Assembly (NCBI GenBank): GCA_963662435.1
Contig: OY759598.1
Span: 310,001 to 374,000 of the forward strand
DNA length: 64,000 nt
Direction: 5' to 3'
Source of the DNA: Dehalococcoidia bacterium
GTDB lineage: Bacteria; Chloroflexota; Dehalococcoidia; Lucifugimonadales; VXLM01
Part shown: positions 10,810 through 20,036 of the stretch, piece by piece
How positions within the stretch are numbered: position 1 is the stretch's first letter
Layout of the letters: each line of letters opens with the position of its first letter
Notes under the pieces: model-generated
The model's database searches: none
Told to the model about the DNA's origin: nothing
Seen by the model: the letters and a program-made list of their open reading frames with translations, nothing else
Translations under genes and position numbers: made by a program

Positions 10810-11766
10810 ATGGAGCATTCCACGCTCTATCACGGAGACTGCCTTGACTGGATGCGGCGCTGGCGCGATGAGTGCGTTGACCTGATATACCTCGACCCGC
10901 CGTTCAATAGCAGCGCCGGCTACGACATCGGTTTTGCCGCTTGGAAAGGCCGTCCCTCCCAGGCTAGGGCTTTCAACGATACGTGGAAGTGGGACGCGGC
11001 GGCGGAAGAACGGCTAGGGCGAATCACGGAATACAGCGGGCATCCGGCATACGGGGCCTTATCCGGCCTTCTCTACCAACTTGGAGAGTCCAGTATGCTG
11101 GCGTATCTCACGTACATGACCGAGCGACTCGCGGAGATGAGGCGTCTCCTGAAGTCTACGGGCAGTATCTATCTCCACTGCGATCAGACCGCCAGTCACT
11201 ATCTCAAGATCGTCATGGACGGAATATACGGCGCAAGCAACTTTCGCAACGAGATCGTTTGGAGCTACCGGACGGGTGGGGTGAGCAAGCGGTACTGGCC
11301 GCGCAAGCATGACGTTCTGCTGTTTTACGTGAAGACCGGTGCGTACGAGCACCGGCCGCTGCAGGAGAGGGTGCTGTACGACAAGCCCTTTTTCAACGCC
11401 CAGTTTGACGAGGAGGGCAGGCCGTACGCAGATGTCTACGTTCGAGACGTTTGGGACGACATCAAACCAATCATCAACGTATCGAAGGAGCGGCTAGGCT
11501 ATCCGACCCAAAAGCCCGTTGCGCTCTTGGAGCGCATCGTCGAGGCGTCGTCGAGTCGCGGCGACATGGTGCTGGACCCATTCTGTGGCTGTGGCACCAC
11601 TGTCGTTGCCGCAGAGAATTTGGGACGGCAGTGGGCAGGGGTAGAGATATCGGAGTTCGCCATTGGGCTTATACAGGAGCGCCGTCTTAGGGAGATGGGG
11701 ATAACGGCTGCGATTGAGGGGATGGCTGTTGGCATGGAAGATGATAGTAGTACCGGGTCCACATGA
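10810..11766 (+). CDS. Amino (N6A/N4C) DNA methyltransferase, beta class; last codons contributed by a MITE
   Basis: DLIYLDPPF (motif IV) before YPTQKP and LDPFCGCGTT (motif I). Confidence 0.9.
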   Translation: MEHSTLYHGDCLDWMRRWRDECVDLIYLDPPFNSSAGYDIGFAAWKGRPSQARAFNDTWKWDAAAEERLGRITEYSGHPAYGALSGLLYQLGESSMLAYLTYMTERLAEMRRLLKSTGSIYLHCDQTASHYLKIVMDGIYGASNFRNEIVWSYRTGGVSKRYWPRKHDVLLFYVKTGAYEHRPLQERVLYDKPFFNAQFDEEGRPYADVYVRDVWDDIKPIINVSKERLGYPTQKPVALLERIVEASSSRGDMVLDPFCGCGTTVVAAENLGRQWAGVEISEFAIGLIQERRLREMGITAAIEGMAVGMEDDSSTGST

Positions 11767-11810
11767 TGTTGATGCCACGACTCACCCTCACCCTAGCCCT
11801 CTCCCGTTCG

Positions 11811-13534
11811 GAGGCTGTCTCATAAGTAGGTTGCCTTATTGAAAATACAGAGGTTCTAGGGGTAAGTTTGTGTTGTTGCACCTGCTTTAGGAGAAGTGGC
11901 ATGCCATTTCGGGACTTCAATCGGGAACAGGGGTGGCTTCTGCCGCCTGATCTGGGAGAGTTAGTAGGCCCCAATCATCCCGCACGATTCGCCGCGACCT
12001 TTGTGGACTCTCTCGATGAGGAGACGTGGAAGGAGTTGGGGATCGACCTGCGAGGCGATCCTATGGGAGCATCGTCCTATCACCCTCGCGCGTTGCTGAG
12101 CGTGTGGATATATGGGTTCATGACGGGTGTGCGTTCCAGCCGCAAGCTGGAGACGGCCTGCCGCGAACAGGTGGGCTTCATGTGGCTGACCGGGAGGCAG
12201 AGGCCGGACCACAACACGCTGTGGAGGTTCTACAGGTCTCACCGAGAGCGGATGAGGGTTCTCCTGAGTCGCACGGTGCGCACGGCTGTGAAGGCCGGCT
12301 TGGTGGACTTGGCGCTTCAGGCGGTGGACGGGACACGAATCGCCGGTAACGCGTCCAGTGACCGCACCTACGACGCGGAGGGTCTCAGACGGCTCTTGGA
12401 GCGTACGGAAGCAGCCATTGCGGACCTGGAAGCAAAGAACTCGACCGGAGGGGAGCCTGCACCAGTCGAACTACCATCGGAGATTGCGAGCGCCGAGGCA
12501 TTGCGCGACCGAGTGGTCGACGCCCTTGGCCTCGTGCTGGAGGAGGAGGGAGCCAACCACGCGAACCTTACCGACCCTGACGCGGGGCTGCTCAAGAGCA
12601 AGGAAGGTGGCTTTATAGCCGGCTACAACGCCCAGTCGATGGTGGCGCCCATCACGTCCGGCGATGCCTCCGGCATGATCATCACGGCTGCGGATGTGAC
12701 CTCCGGCTCGGACGACCACCCGCAGCTCGTTCCGATGATCCAGGCGTCTGCAGAGAATACGGGGACAGACCATGCGGTGACCGTCGCCGACGCCGGATAT
12801 CACTCAGGGACCAACCTTGCCGACTGCGCGTCCTCCGGACACCGCGTGCTCATGCCGGACACTCATAACCGCAGACGCCGCTCCCCGTACCACAAGGACC
12901 ACTTCACGTACGACCCTGAGAACGACACATACCTATGCCCGAATCAGCAACCTCTCATCTTCAAGGACACGTTCAGACACGCGAACGGCTACAGACTCAG
13001 ACGCTACAGGGCCGAGGGTGCGCTCTGCCGTACCTGCCCTGCCTTTGGAGAATGCACCACCTCTACCAACGGTCGAACCATAAGAATCAGCGAATACGAA
13101 CCTGAGTTGAGACGACACAGAGAGATGATGTCTACCGAGTCTGCCAGGGCGAGTTATAAGCGGCGTCAGGGGCTGGTCGAGCCGGTGTTCGGCCTCCTCA
13201 AGGAGCATCACAGCGCCAGGCGGTTCCTGCTGCGAGGCCGCGAGAACGTCCTCTCCGAGTGGTGTCTGCTGGCTGCGGCGTTCAACCTCAAAAGCCTTCA
13301 CAGGGTGTGGAGTGCCGCCTCGCCGTCGAACTCGCCTCACACCGGCTCGCCACGACTACATCCACGCTGTGATCGCAGCGCCACTGATGCCGCCCGCAAC
13401 CGCTTGGCACCGTTGCTGACGGCCCGACCACGAATCGCCACTCGCAGACTCTATAGAGTCTACCGGTCATCGCCCATCACATCCCCAGCGTGTACTCAAT
13501 CACTGCACGCCACGTGAAGCTATGAGACAGCCTC
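11811..13534 (+). mobile_element. IS1182-family insertion sequence
   Basis: Perfect 14-bp terminal IRs GAGGCTGTCTCATA / TATGAGACAGCCTC flanked by CG on each side; one transposase ORF. Confidence 0.9.
11901..13517 (+). CDS. IS1182-family DDE transposase
   Basis: YHPR.LL, SSRKLE, PDHNTL.RF, VDGTRI, TDPDA, ADAGY, CxxC zinc motif, R...VEPVFG.LK; ATG after AGGAG. Confidence 0.92.
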   Translation: MPFRDFNREQGWLLPPDLGELVGPNHPARFAATFVDSLDEETWKELGIDLRGDPMGASSYHPRALLSVWIYGFMTGVRSSRKLETACREQVGFMWLTGRQRPDHNTLWRFYRSHRERMRVLLSRTVRTAVKAGLVDLALQAVDGTRIAGNASSDRTYDAEGLRRLLERTEAAIADLEAKNSTGGEPAPVELPSEIASAEALRDRVVDALGLVLEEEGANHANLTDPDAGLLKSKEGGFIAGYNAQSMVAPITSGDASGMIITAADVTSGSDDHPQLVPMIQASAENTGTDHAVTVADAGYHSGTNLADCASSGHRVLMPDTHNRRRRSPYHKDHFTYDPENDTYLCPNQQPLIFKDTFRHANGYRLRRYRAEGALCRTCPAFGECTTSTNGRTIRISEYEPELRRHREMMSTESARASYKRRQGLVEPVFGLLKEHHSARRFLLRGRENVLSEWCLLAAAFNLKSLHRVWSAASPSNSPHTGSPRLHPRCDRSATDAARNRLAPLLTARPRIATRRLYRVYRSSPITSPACTQSLHAT

Positions 13535-13577
13535 CGACGGGAGAGGGGATAAGAGCATCTCTTTTCGACTGTCACAT

Positions 13578-14722
13578 TCAAATGGGAACGGTACTAGTAA
13601 CGTTCCCATTTGAATGTGATGGATAGATATGTTGAAGTTTAGTGCGAGCGTCCTGAGTGGAGAAGCACCAGTCTATGATGGCGACAGCCTCATTGCGTTC
13701 ACGTTCCAGCGCCGAGACCTCTCGTTTCAGTACCGCCTCGTCACTGATTCGACGGTTGAGACATTGATTACTGAAGATGCTCAACTCTATCTCCGCCATG
13801 TTCAGCCAACTGCCGTGTACCGGAGTGTAATGGAACTCCAGGCGCTTGGCGATGCGCCACGCTTCGGCTGGCTCGAAGGCATCGTACAACGAACCCAGCT
13901 TGTGAGTGTTGAGATTGTCCAGCACCAGCCGTATCGTCTCTGTGTGAGGGTATACCTCATCAACCAGCCACCTCATCTGCTGTGCGAAGTCCACAGCAGT
14001 GCGTTGCTCGGTCACCTCGACATGCCTCCAACCGGCTTTCGGCTCACAGAACATGAACAGGTTTCGCGTCCCGTTTCGCTTGTACTCGTAGTCATATCGT
14101 TCCACCCGACCTGGCTTGGCCCTGATAGCGGGCCTCTTGTCAGCCACCAGTTGCTTGGATGTCTCGTCGAAGCAGACCACGGGATGGTCGGGGTCGTAGT
14201 CTTGATGGTACAGGTCCAACACATCCTCCATCCGAGCCACGAACTCTCCGCTCACCTCGGGGATGCACCACTCTTTCTTCTTCCACGGTTTGAGTTCGTT
14301 TTTTTGAGTATCTGGCGCACCGTCTCGAGGGAGATGCTCTCGGCAAACCCCATCGCCACCGCCTTGTCCGCAATGAGCTGCAGCGTCCAGTCCGCGTGTC
14401 CTTCGGGTGCATCGCTGCACGCGACGGCTATCAGGTGCGCTTCCTGTCTGCCGTCCAACTTGCGCTTCTGTCCCGGTCGCGTGCGTTCATTGAGCGCGCT
14501 GTCGAGTCCCTCCTCCACAAACCGCGTGCGCACACGTCCCACCGTGGATGCGCTTATCAATAGTCCGCTGGCGATGTCACGGTCGATTAGACCTTCGTCT
14601 GCCTTAAGCAACACCAGCGCTCGCTTGACCTTACGGGCCGAAGTCTCCCCACGACTCGCTATCTCTTTGAGACGTGTCCGTTCCGATTTATTCAACTCCA
14701 CCTTGTACTGGAGAGCAGGCAT
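13578..14722 (-). CDS. IS630 transposase expressed by probable -1 frameshift (HTH ORF 14252-14722 plus DDE ORF ending 13578)
   Basis: HTH ORF with AGGAGGA RBS; A7C slippery site at about 14298-14305; DDE part FDETSKQL, LDNLNTH, SWLNMAEIE. Confidence 0.88.
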
Positions 14723-14805
14723 GTCTTCGTATGTCCTCCTTATGGGATCATACACAAGACTAACCTATTTCTTATGTTTGTCAAATATACCTAGAAACGG
14801 TACTA
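13595..14805 (-). mobile_element. IS630-family insertion sequence
   Basis: Both ends in CTAG context (TA duplication), imperfect IRs TAGTAACGTTCC / TAGTACCGTTTC, two overlapping ORFs. Confidence 0.88.
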
Positions 14806-14817
14806 GCTGAATGGGAC

Positions 14818-15669
14818 GTGACCCACCTCAATGGTGGGGACCTCTCTCTCCAATGTCACAGCACTTTCCATGAAATCTCTCTCATTCGCGTCGAGTCCGA
14901 CCCCGTGACATTTCTGTCTGAACGCGGGGAGATATTCGCCGTCTTCGATGAGCGGACGCAGGATTCCGGCAACGTGTCTTACGGGCTTGAGGTTGATGGA
15001 CGGCGCTACTTCGTGAAGACGGCAGGTCGACCCGACGATGACAGGTCCTATCTGGACCATTGCGGTCGAGTCAGCCTTCTGCGCAACGCGGTGAAATTGG
15101 CGGAGTCCTCAGACCACAGGACGCTTCCCAAGTTTCACCAGTTCGTCGAGTCGTCGTCAGGGCCTATGCTTATCTACGACTGGGTCGAGGGAGAGAATGT
15201 TCGCAGCTGTCTTGACCGCGTAAGAAGTCTGGCCGTGAGCGAGGTCACACAACTGGTTACGGAGGTGTACGACCTTCATCGTGAACTCACCCGCTTGGGT
15301 TGGATAGCCAATGACTTCTACGACGGCGCGATGATCTACGACTTTCGCAGCAATCGCCTGCATGTCATGGATCTCGACAACTTCAACATGGGGTCATTTG
15401 CCAACTCGATGGGGCGCATGTTCGGCTCGTCCCGCTTCATGGCGCCCGAGGAATTCGAGCTTGGAGCCACAATTGACGAGCGGACTACGGTATTCACCAT
15501 GGGTAGAACGGCGGCGGTACTCATGTCGGACAACTTGCTGGAGAGAGGGCCATTCAGGGGAACCGACGGCCAGTATGAAGTCATGGTCAGGTGCTGTGCG
15601 GAGAACCCGGAAGACCGGTTTCAGACGGTGGCGGAGATGTACGCGGCATGGGTTGAAGCTCAGAACTAG
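14818..15669 (+). CDS. Protein kinase-like (Ser/Thr kinase fold) protein
   Basis: FVKTAG, DFYDG, MDLD, GSSRFMAPEE motifs; start uncertain next to IS630. Confidence 0.75.
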   Translation: MTHLNGGDLSLQCHSTFHEISLIRVESDPVTFLSERGEIFAVFDERTQDSGNVSYGLEVDGRRYFVKTAGRPDDDRSYLDHCGRVSLLRNAVKLAESSDHRTLPKFHQFVESSSGPMLIYDWVEGENVRSCLDRVRSLAVSEVTQLVTEVYDLHRELTRLGWIANDFYDGAMIYDFRSNRLHVMDLDNFNMGSFANSMGRMFGSSRFMAPEEFELGATIDERTTVFTMGRTAAVLMSDNLLERGPFRGTDGQYEVMVRCCAENPEDRFQTVAEMYAAWVEAQN

Positions 15670-15720
15670 GGGATGCCCCGATCCGTCGGCTTGCGACATC
15701 CGCCGTGCGGAGAGGATGCT

Positions 15721-16118
15721 TAGTACCAGTTTCGTTTAGTTTTGGCAGCCTGTTCAAATCACCCTCACTCCGGCCTTCTCCCACGATGGGAGAGGGGGGC
15801 TACATTCACCGGAACGCAACCTCGGCACTGTCATTCTGAGCGGAGCCCAGCGGAGTCGAAGAATCTGAAGTGTCTGTCCTAAGGTAGAACTGACATAGTG
15901 GGTACTTGCGCTGTCTTTGCTCTTGGTCACGATAGAAGCGCAGCACCGGCTGTCCAGTCTTGCGATTATGGATTTTAGATTCCTCGCTACACTCGGGATG
16001 TCAGGCAGGGGGCCGGATCATAGCTACAATCCATTTTGCATACCCCTGTATGCCCACGATGGGAGAGGGGATACAGGCTCTCGATTCGAATGCCATATCA
16101 AGATGGGAACAGTAGTAG
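15721..16118. mobile_element. MITE-like element with IS630-type ends containing composite repeat copy 2 (15760-16074)
   Basis: Starts TAGTACCAG, ends GATGGGAACAGTAGTAG (similar to 13581-13597); core colinear with 6879-7198. Confidence 0.65.
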
Positions 16119-16263
16119 CCCTGGAGTGATTCGGACAAGCTAACGAACCTCATGCAGACAAGCCGACTCCCTCTAATAGGACTGACTGAAGCCCCACACG
16201 ACTTTCTCTAGTACCCCACGTATAATCCGCCTACTTGACGAGGGTATGACGAAGGAGGCCACC

Positions 16264-17865
16264 ATGGGAAAGCCCCGCATGATGTTCTTTCACGACGGAC
16301 GCCATCCGCACATCTACATGTACGAGCCGCCGATGCAGAAAGAGGAGTATGCGGTCGCCATCGACGAGCTCTCGGGAACGACGATTGACGCCGTCATGTT
16401 CTGTCTCGGAGAGGGACGAACGTTCCTACACGACACGCAGGTAGGGGAGCTGTGGGGACACAACGTCGAAAAGTGGCCCCATCTCATCTGGAGGCGAACG
16501 CACCAGAACGCCAAGGGGCTGATAGAGGAGGGTAACGACCCCTTGCGGATTGTGTGCGACCGGGCGCACGAGAAGGGGATGCTCCTGTATCCGACCCTGT
16601 TGGTCCAGGTTGGGAGCGACGAGCACGGTGGCGAAAGGGCGACGTGGGTGCGGTGCTCCGACTTCCGTTTCGAGAACAAGCATCTAGAGATTCAGGCCAA
16701 GGGAGGAGTCGACTCAAGCTTCCCCGGCTTCGACGGGCTCGACTTCATGCACGAGGAGGTGCGGGAGGAACGGTTCGCCATCGTCGAGGAGGTGGTGACG
16801 AACTATCCCGTCGACGGATTCGAGTTGCACATGGGCCAGCTGCCGTACTACTTCCATCCCGACGAAGTGGACAAGGGACGTCCCGTTCTGACGGAATGGA
16901 TTGGTCGTGTCTACGACGCGGTACACCAAAGCGGTCCCGACAGGGAGTTGGCGGTACGCGTTCCGGCCAGCCTCGATGAGTGCATGGCGGTGGGCATGGA
17001 CGTGCGAAGTTGGATAGAAGACGGCATCGTCGACGTGATCATCGGCGACGGCGCGGTCGGGGATACGATGAACCAGATGGCAGACTTTCGAGGGCTGGTG
17101 GAGGCCGCGAATGGGACGGACTGCCGCGTTCATGCGTCGTTGCAGCATCGCGTGGACTCTGACAGGGTGGGTGACGCGACGATCGAGATGATCCGCGCGG
17201 CGGCAGGCAACTACTGGGCGCAGGGTATCGAGGGGATATACATCTCGCGAGGGTGGTTCTATAACTATCCCTACGAGTCCTCATTCTACGAGAAGATCAG
17301 GGAGATTCCGCAGCCCGACGTGATGGCTCCAAAGGACAAGTATTACAGGGTGCCCACCATCGGCGATGGCCCGAAGCCGGTTAGCGGCCCCGGCAGTGTC
17401 ATGCAACTGCCGGCGACCCTAGAGGTCGGTGCGCCCACATCACTCGACTTTAAGATCAACGACGATCTCCCCCGCTGGGATGCCGTCGGGCGGGTGCACG
17501 AGGTGTTGCTCCGCGTCCGCATAACGGACACCACGGAGCTTGACCGTTTAGCGTTCGAATTGAACGGGGAAGCCTTGCCCGACAGCGCGTTGAGGATAAT
17601 TAACCAGATGTTTTGGATGAGCGGTCCACGCCGGACGGCGCAGGGATACTGGTTCGTCTTCACGCTCGATAGCGAATCGTGGCCCAAGCAGGGCTTGAAT
17701 ACTCTGCGGGTGACGCTGCTAGAGCGCGACCCGGACGTTTCACCGCCGGTAGTCGTGCAGGACGTCGAGTTGGAGACGAAGTATCTCATGGGCAAGCACT
17801 TCCGCCGCGGTTATGACGATCCGGCGCTGGGGGCGTTCGAGGGGAGGATGGGTGGGAATTGGTAG
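16264..17865 (+). CDS. GHL10/DUF187-like TIM-barrel protein, paralogue type A
   Basis: LDF.HEEVRE...VDGFEL motif; strong similarity to 22908-24497; AAGGAGG RBS, TATAAT at 16221. Confidence 0.7.
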   Translation: MGKPRMMFFHDGRHPHIYMYEPPMQKEEYAVAIDELSGTTIDAVMFCLGEGRTFLHDTQVGELWGHNVEKWPHLIWRRTHQNAKGLIEEGNDPLRIVCDRAHEKGMLLYPTLLVQVGSDEHGGERATWVRCSDFRFENKHLEIQAKGGVDSSFPGFDGLDFMHEEVREERFAIVEEVVTNYPVDGFELHMGQLPYYFHPDEVDKGRPVLTEWIGRVYDAVHQSGPDRELAVRVPASLDECMAVGMDVRSWIEDGIVDVIIGDGAVGDTMNQMADFRGLVEAANGTDCRVHASLQHRVDSDRVGDATIEMIRAAAGNYWAQGIEGIYISRGWFYNYPYESSFYEKIREIPQPDVMAPKDKYYRVPTIGDGPKPVSGPGSVMQLPATLEVGAPTSLDFKINDDLPRWDAVGRVHEVLLRVRITDTTELDRLAFELNGEALPDSALRIINQMFWMSGPRRTAQGYWFVFTLDSESWPKQGLNTLRVTLLERDPDVSPPVVVQDVELETKYLMGKHFRRGYDDPALGAFEGRMGGNW

Positions 17866-18020
17866 ACGGGAGCCGGTCGTTGCCGGAGTGGGTGGGAGTG
17901 GTTGCCGGGCCTCTCGCCCTCGGCGGGGTGGCTTCGGTGCATGTGGGACGTCTTCCCGAATATTGATACAATCGTTTAAAGTCAAAGTAGCTATCGCCTA
18001 AGAATGAAGCAGGTGCCTCA

Positions 18021-18317
18021 ATGCGGAGAGACGAAGCTCTCAAGGTTCTTTTCGAGCACAAAGCCGAACTCAGGGAAAAGTTTGGAGTTAGGTCCATAGC
18101 CGTGTTTGGCTCTACTGCTCGTGGCGAAGTCACTTCGCAGAGCGATATTGACGTGCTTGTCGAGTTCGACCCAATTGCCGCCCCGTCCCTACTCGACTTC
18201 ATCCATCTAAAGCACTTCTTGTCCGACGAGTTGAACGGCGAGGTTGATCTCGTTGAGAAGAATTCGCTCATCCCGGAACTGCGCGACGCCATTCTTGCCG
18301 AGTCGGTGTATGTCTGA
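18021..18317 (+). CDS. MNT minimal nucleotidyltransferase antitoxin (MntA-like)
   Basis: FGSTARGE....SDIDVLV (GSx10DxD) motif, 98 aa, overlaps HEPN gene. Confidence 0.9.
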   Translation: MRRDEALKVLFEHKAELREKFGVRSIAVFGSTARGEVTSQSDIDVLVEFDPIAAPSLLDFIHLKHFLSDELNGEVDLVEKNSLIPELRDAILAESVYV

Positions 18318-18663
18318 TCGCATATGGTGGTTTAGGCTCAGGGATATCCTCGACGCCATCGATTTCGTATCGAATCACCTCGAAGGAGTGACGTACGAGG
18401 AATTCAAGGCCGACAAAGTGCTTCAGCGGGCAATCCTTCACACTTTGGAGATGGCTGGGGAAGCAACGTCGGGCATACCAGAAGATTTCACCCGCGAACA
18501 CTCTGAAATACCTTGGCGTGGTATGAATGACTTTCGAAACGTGATCGTCCACCAGTACTTTCGAATTGATTTGGAACTGGTCTGGAACGTTACGCACCGA
18601 GACCTGATACCTCTTCGAGGTCGCATCGCAGACCTCTTGGGGTCCTTGGAAGATCAGACCTGA
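18310..18663 (+). CDS. HEPN (DUF86/HepT-like) RNase toxin
   Basis: IPW..M..FRNVIVHQY (Rx4HxY), paired with MNT. Confidence 0.9.
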   Translation: MSDRIWWFRLRDILDAIDFVSNHLEGVTYEEFKADKVLQRAILHTLEMAGEATSGIPEDFTREHSEIPWRGMNDFRNVIVHQYFRIDLELVWNVTHRDLIPLRGRIADLLGSLEDQT

Positions 18664-18789
18664 CTGCGGTACAGGGACAAAGTAGGGAAAGCCCTGCAAT
18701 TGCAGGCTGCGCTCGTAAAGGTCGCCAGCCTTATTGGGACGGCCATGATAGGATTGGCGTATGTAGTCACTAACGTTTGGGGGCGATGA

Positions 18790-19041
18790 GTGATGAAACG
18801 AGAGTTTGCTGCAAGTGTGTGCCAGGAAGGGGATTGGTACGTAGCGCAGGCCCTTGATTTCGATGTAGCCAGTCAAGGAGAGACCCCCGAAGAGACTCTT
18901 GAGAATCTGCGTGAGGCACTTGAGCTTCACTTCGAATCACCTTTACCTACCATTGGTACAATCAATTCGACCCCATCAACTGAATTGCCAGTCCAAAGTA
19001 GGTGCCCTCATGCAGTGGGAAGAGGCTACCAAGTACTGTAG
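18790..19041 (+). CDS. HicB-family antitoxin, possibly with decayed C-terminus
   Basis: EGDWYVA......VASQGET.EE.L.NLREALELHFE; no intact HicA visible. Confidence 0.75.
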   Translation: MMKREFAASVCQEGDWYVAQALDFDVASQGETPEETLENLREALELHFESPLPTIGTINSTPSTELPVQSRCPHAVGRGYQVL

Positions 19042-19232
19042 TAAAGGGCTGACGATTCCTCGCCTGACCATTCGACCTGCCACTCGACCGGATGGGAAGA
19101 AAGTAAGGCGAGAGAGAAACTCTCAACATTGCGCTTCCGCCAGAGAGTATTCGCGATTTAGCGGAAGAATTACTACTTCTCGCTAGACTTCAAGAGTAGC
19201 CATTCCTCATTTCTACCACGAAGGGAGCAACG

Positions 19233-19532
19233 ATGTACCTATCTGATGCCGCAAAGAGGTTGTTGATCGCAGCTAACGGAGCATATGGTTGGATAACATT
19301 GACAAAGGCGAGTGGCCCTAATGGTCTGTGGTTCTATGTTCGAATAAGGAAAGCACCTGAGCCAGCTTTTTCCTAAGGGCTTGACTATGATCAGGGTGAG
19401 CATTGGGAATCGGCCATTTGTGAGTTGTACGAAAACGGACTAATCTACCCTAGCCATACCGAGGTCGGCATCACAACATACAAATTGACTGAACTAGGTG
19501 TCCAAATAGCAACCGATTCTACTCACCATTAG
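19233..19532 (+). pseudogene. Small winged-helix-like protein pseudogene (in-frame TAA at 19374-19376)
   Basis: AGGGAG RBS; frame continues past the stop as ...WESAICELYENGLI...YKLTELG. Confidence 0.5.
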
Positions 19533-19548
19533 GAAGAGATGCGTCAAG

Positions 19549-19716
19549 ATGAAGGTTAAGCACCGCTGGCTTTTGAACTGGATCGTCATTGGGGCTTTTG
19601 TTGGAGTAATGCCTGCACTGCTCGAAGGCATATCGGAGATTCACTGTTGGCAAAGCGGTCCAGTCATAGGCATATTGGCTGGAGTGGTCTATCAACTTCG
19701 CCATTACGGATTGTGA
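19549..19716 (+). CDS. Putative 55-aa membrane peptide
   Basis: MKVKHRWLLNWIVIGAFVGVMPALL...VIGILAGVVYQLRHYGL; two hydrophobic segments; below the ORF-track cutoff. Confidence 0.4.
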   Translation: MKVKHRWLLNWIVIGAFVGVMPALLEGISEIHCWQSGPVIGILAGVVYQLRHYGL

Positions 19717-19760
19717 TAGTAGGGAATCAAGTATATGATTCCCCATTGTTGCTCTGTCTC

Positions 19761-19927
19761 TCTCTGCTTGATTTCATCCATCTAAAGCACTTCTTGTCCG
19801 ACGAGTTGAACAGTGAAGTCGCTCTCGTAGAGAAGAGCTCGCTCATCCCGGAACTACGCGACGCCATTCTCGCCGAGTCGGTGTATGTCTGATCGCATAT
19901 GGTGGTTTAGGCTCAGGGATATCCTCG
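19761..19927 (+). pseudogene. Diverged 167-bp copy of the MNT 3' half plus HEPN start
   Basis: Aligns without gaps to 18186-18352 with 14 mismatches (manual count). Confidence 0.85.
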
Positions 19928-20036
19928 GCTAGACTCTCCGTATGCGCCATTGTGAACCATCCCTTAACTGGCTATACTCGGGGCCACGTTCGAACGGGAA
20001 AGTTCCGTATTGCCGCTGGCCATTTGGAGGACCAAC

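Larger units (their letters stand above)
11748..13596. mobile_element. About 125-bp MITE-like element with IS630-type TAGTACCG...CGGTACTA ends, interrupted by IS1182
   Basis: Ends at 11748-11755 and 13589-13596; right part homologous to 16061-16118; central REP-A hairpin split by the IS. Confidence 0.6.

Noticed and set aside
19000..19190. HicA toxin downstream of HicB
   Set aside because: Only a faint frameshifted resemblance; no intact ORF can be supported
18186..19927. Diversity-generating retroelement TR/VR pair (also considered for the YHS repeat)
   Set aside because: Mismatches are not adenine-specific, many are synonymous, and no reverse transcriptase is in the window
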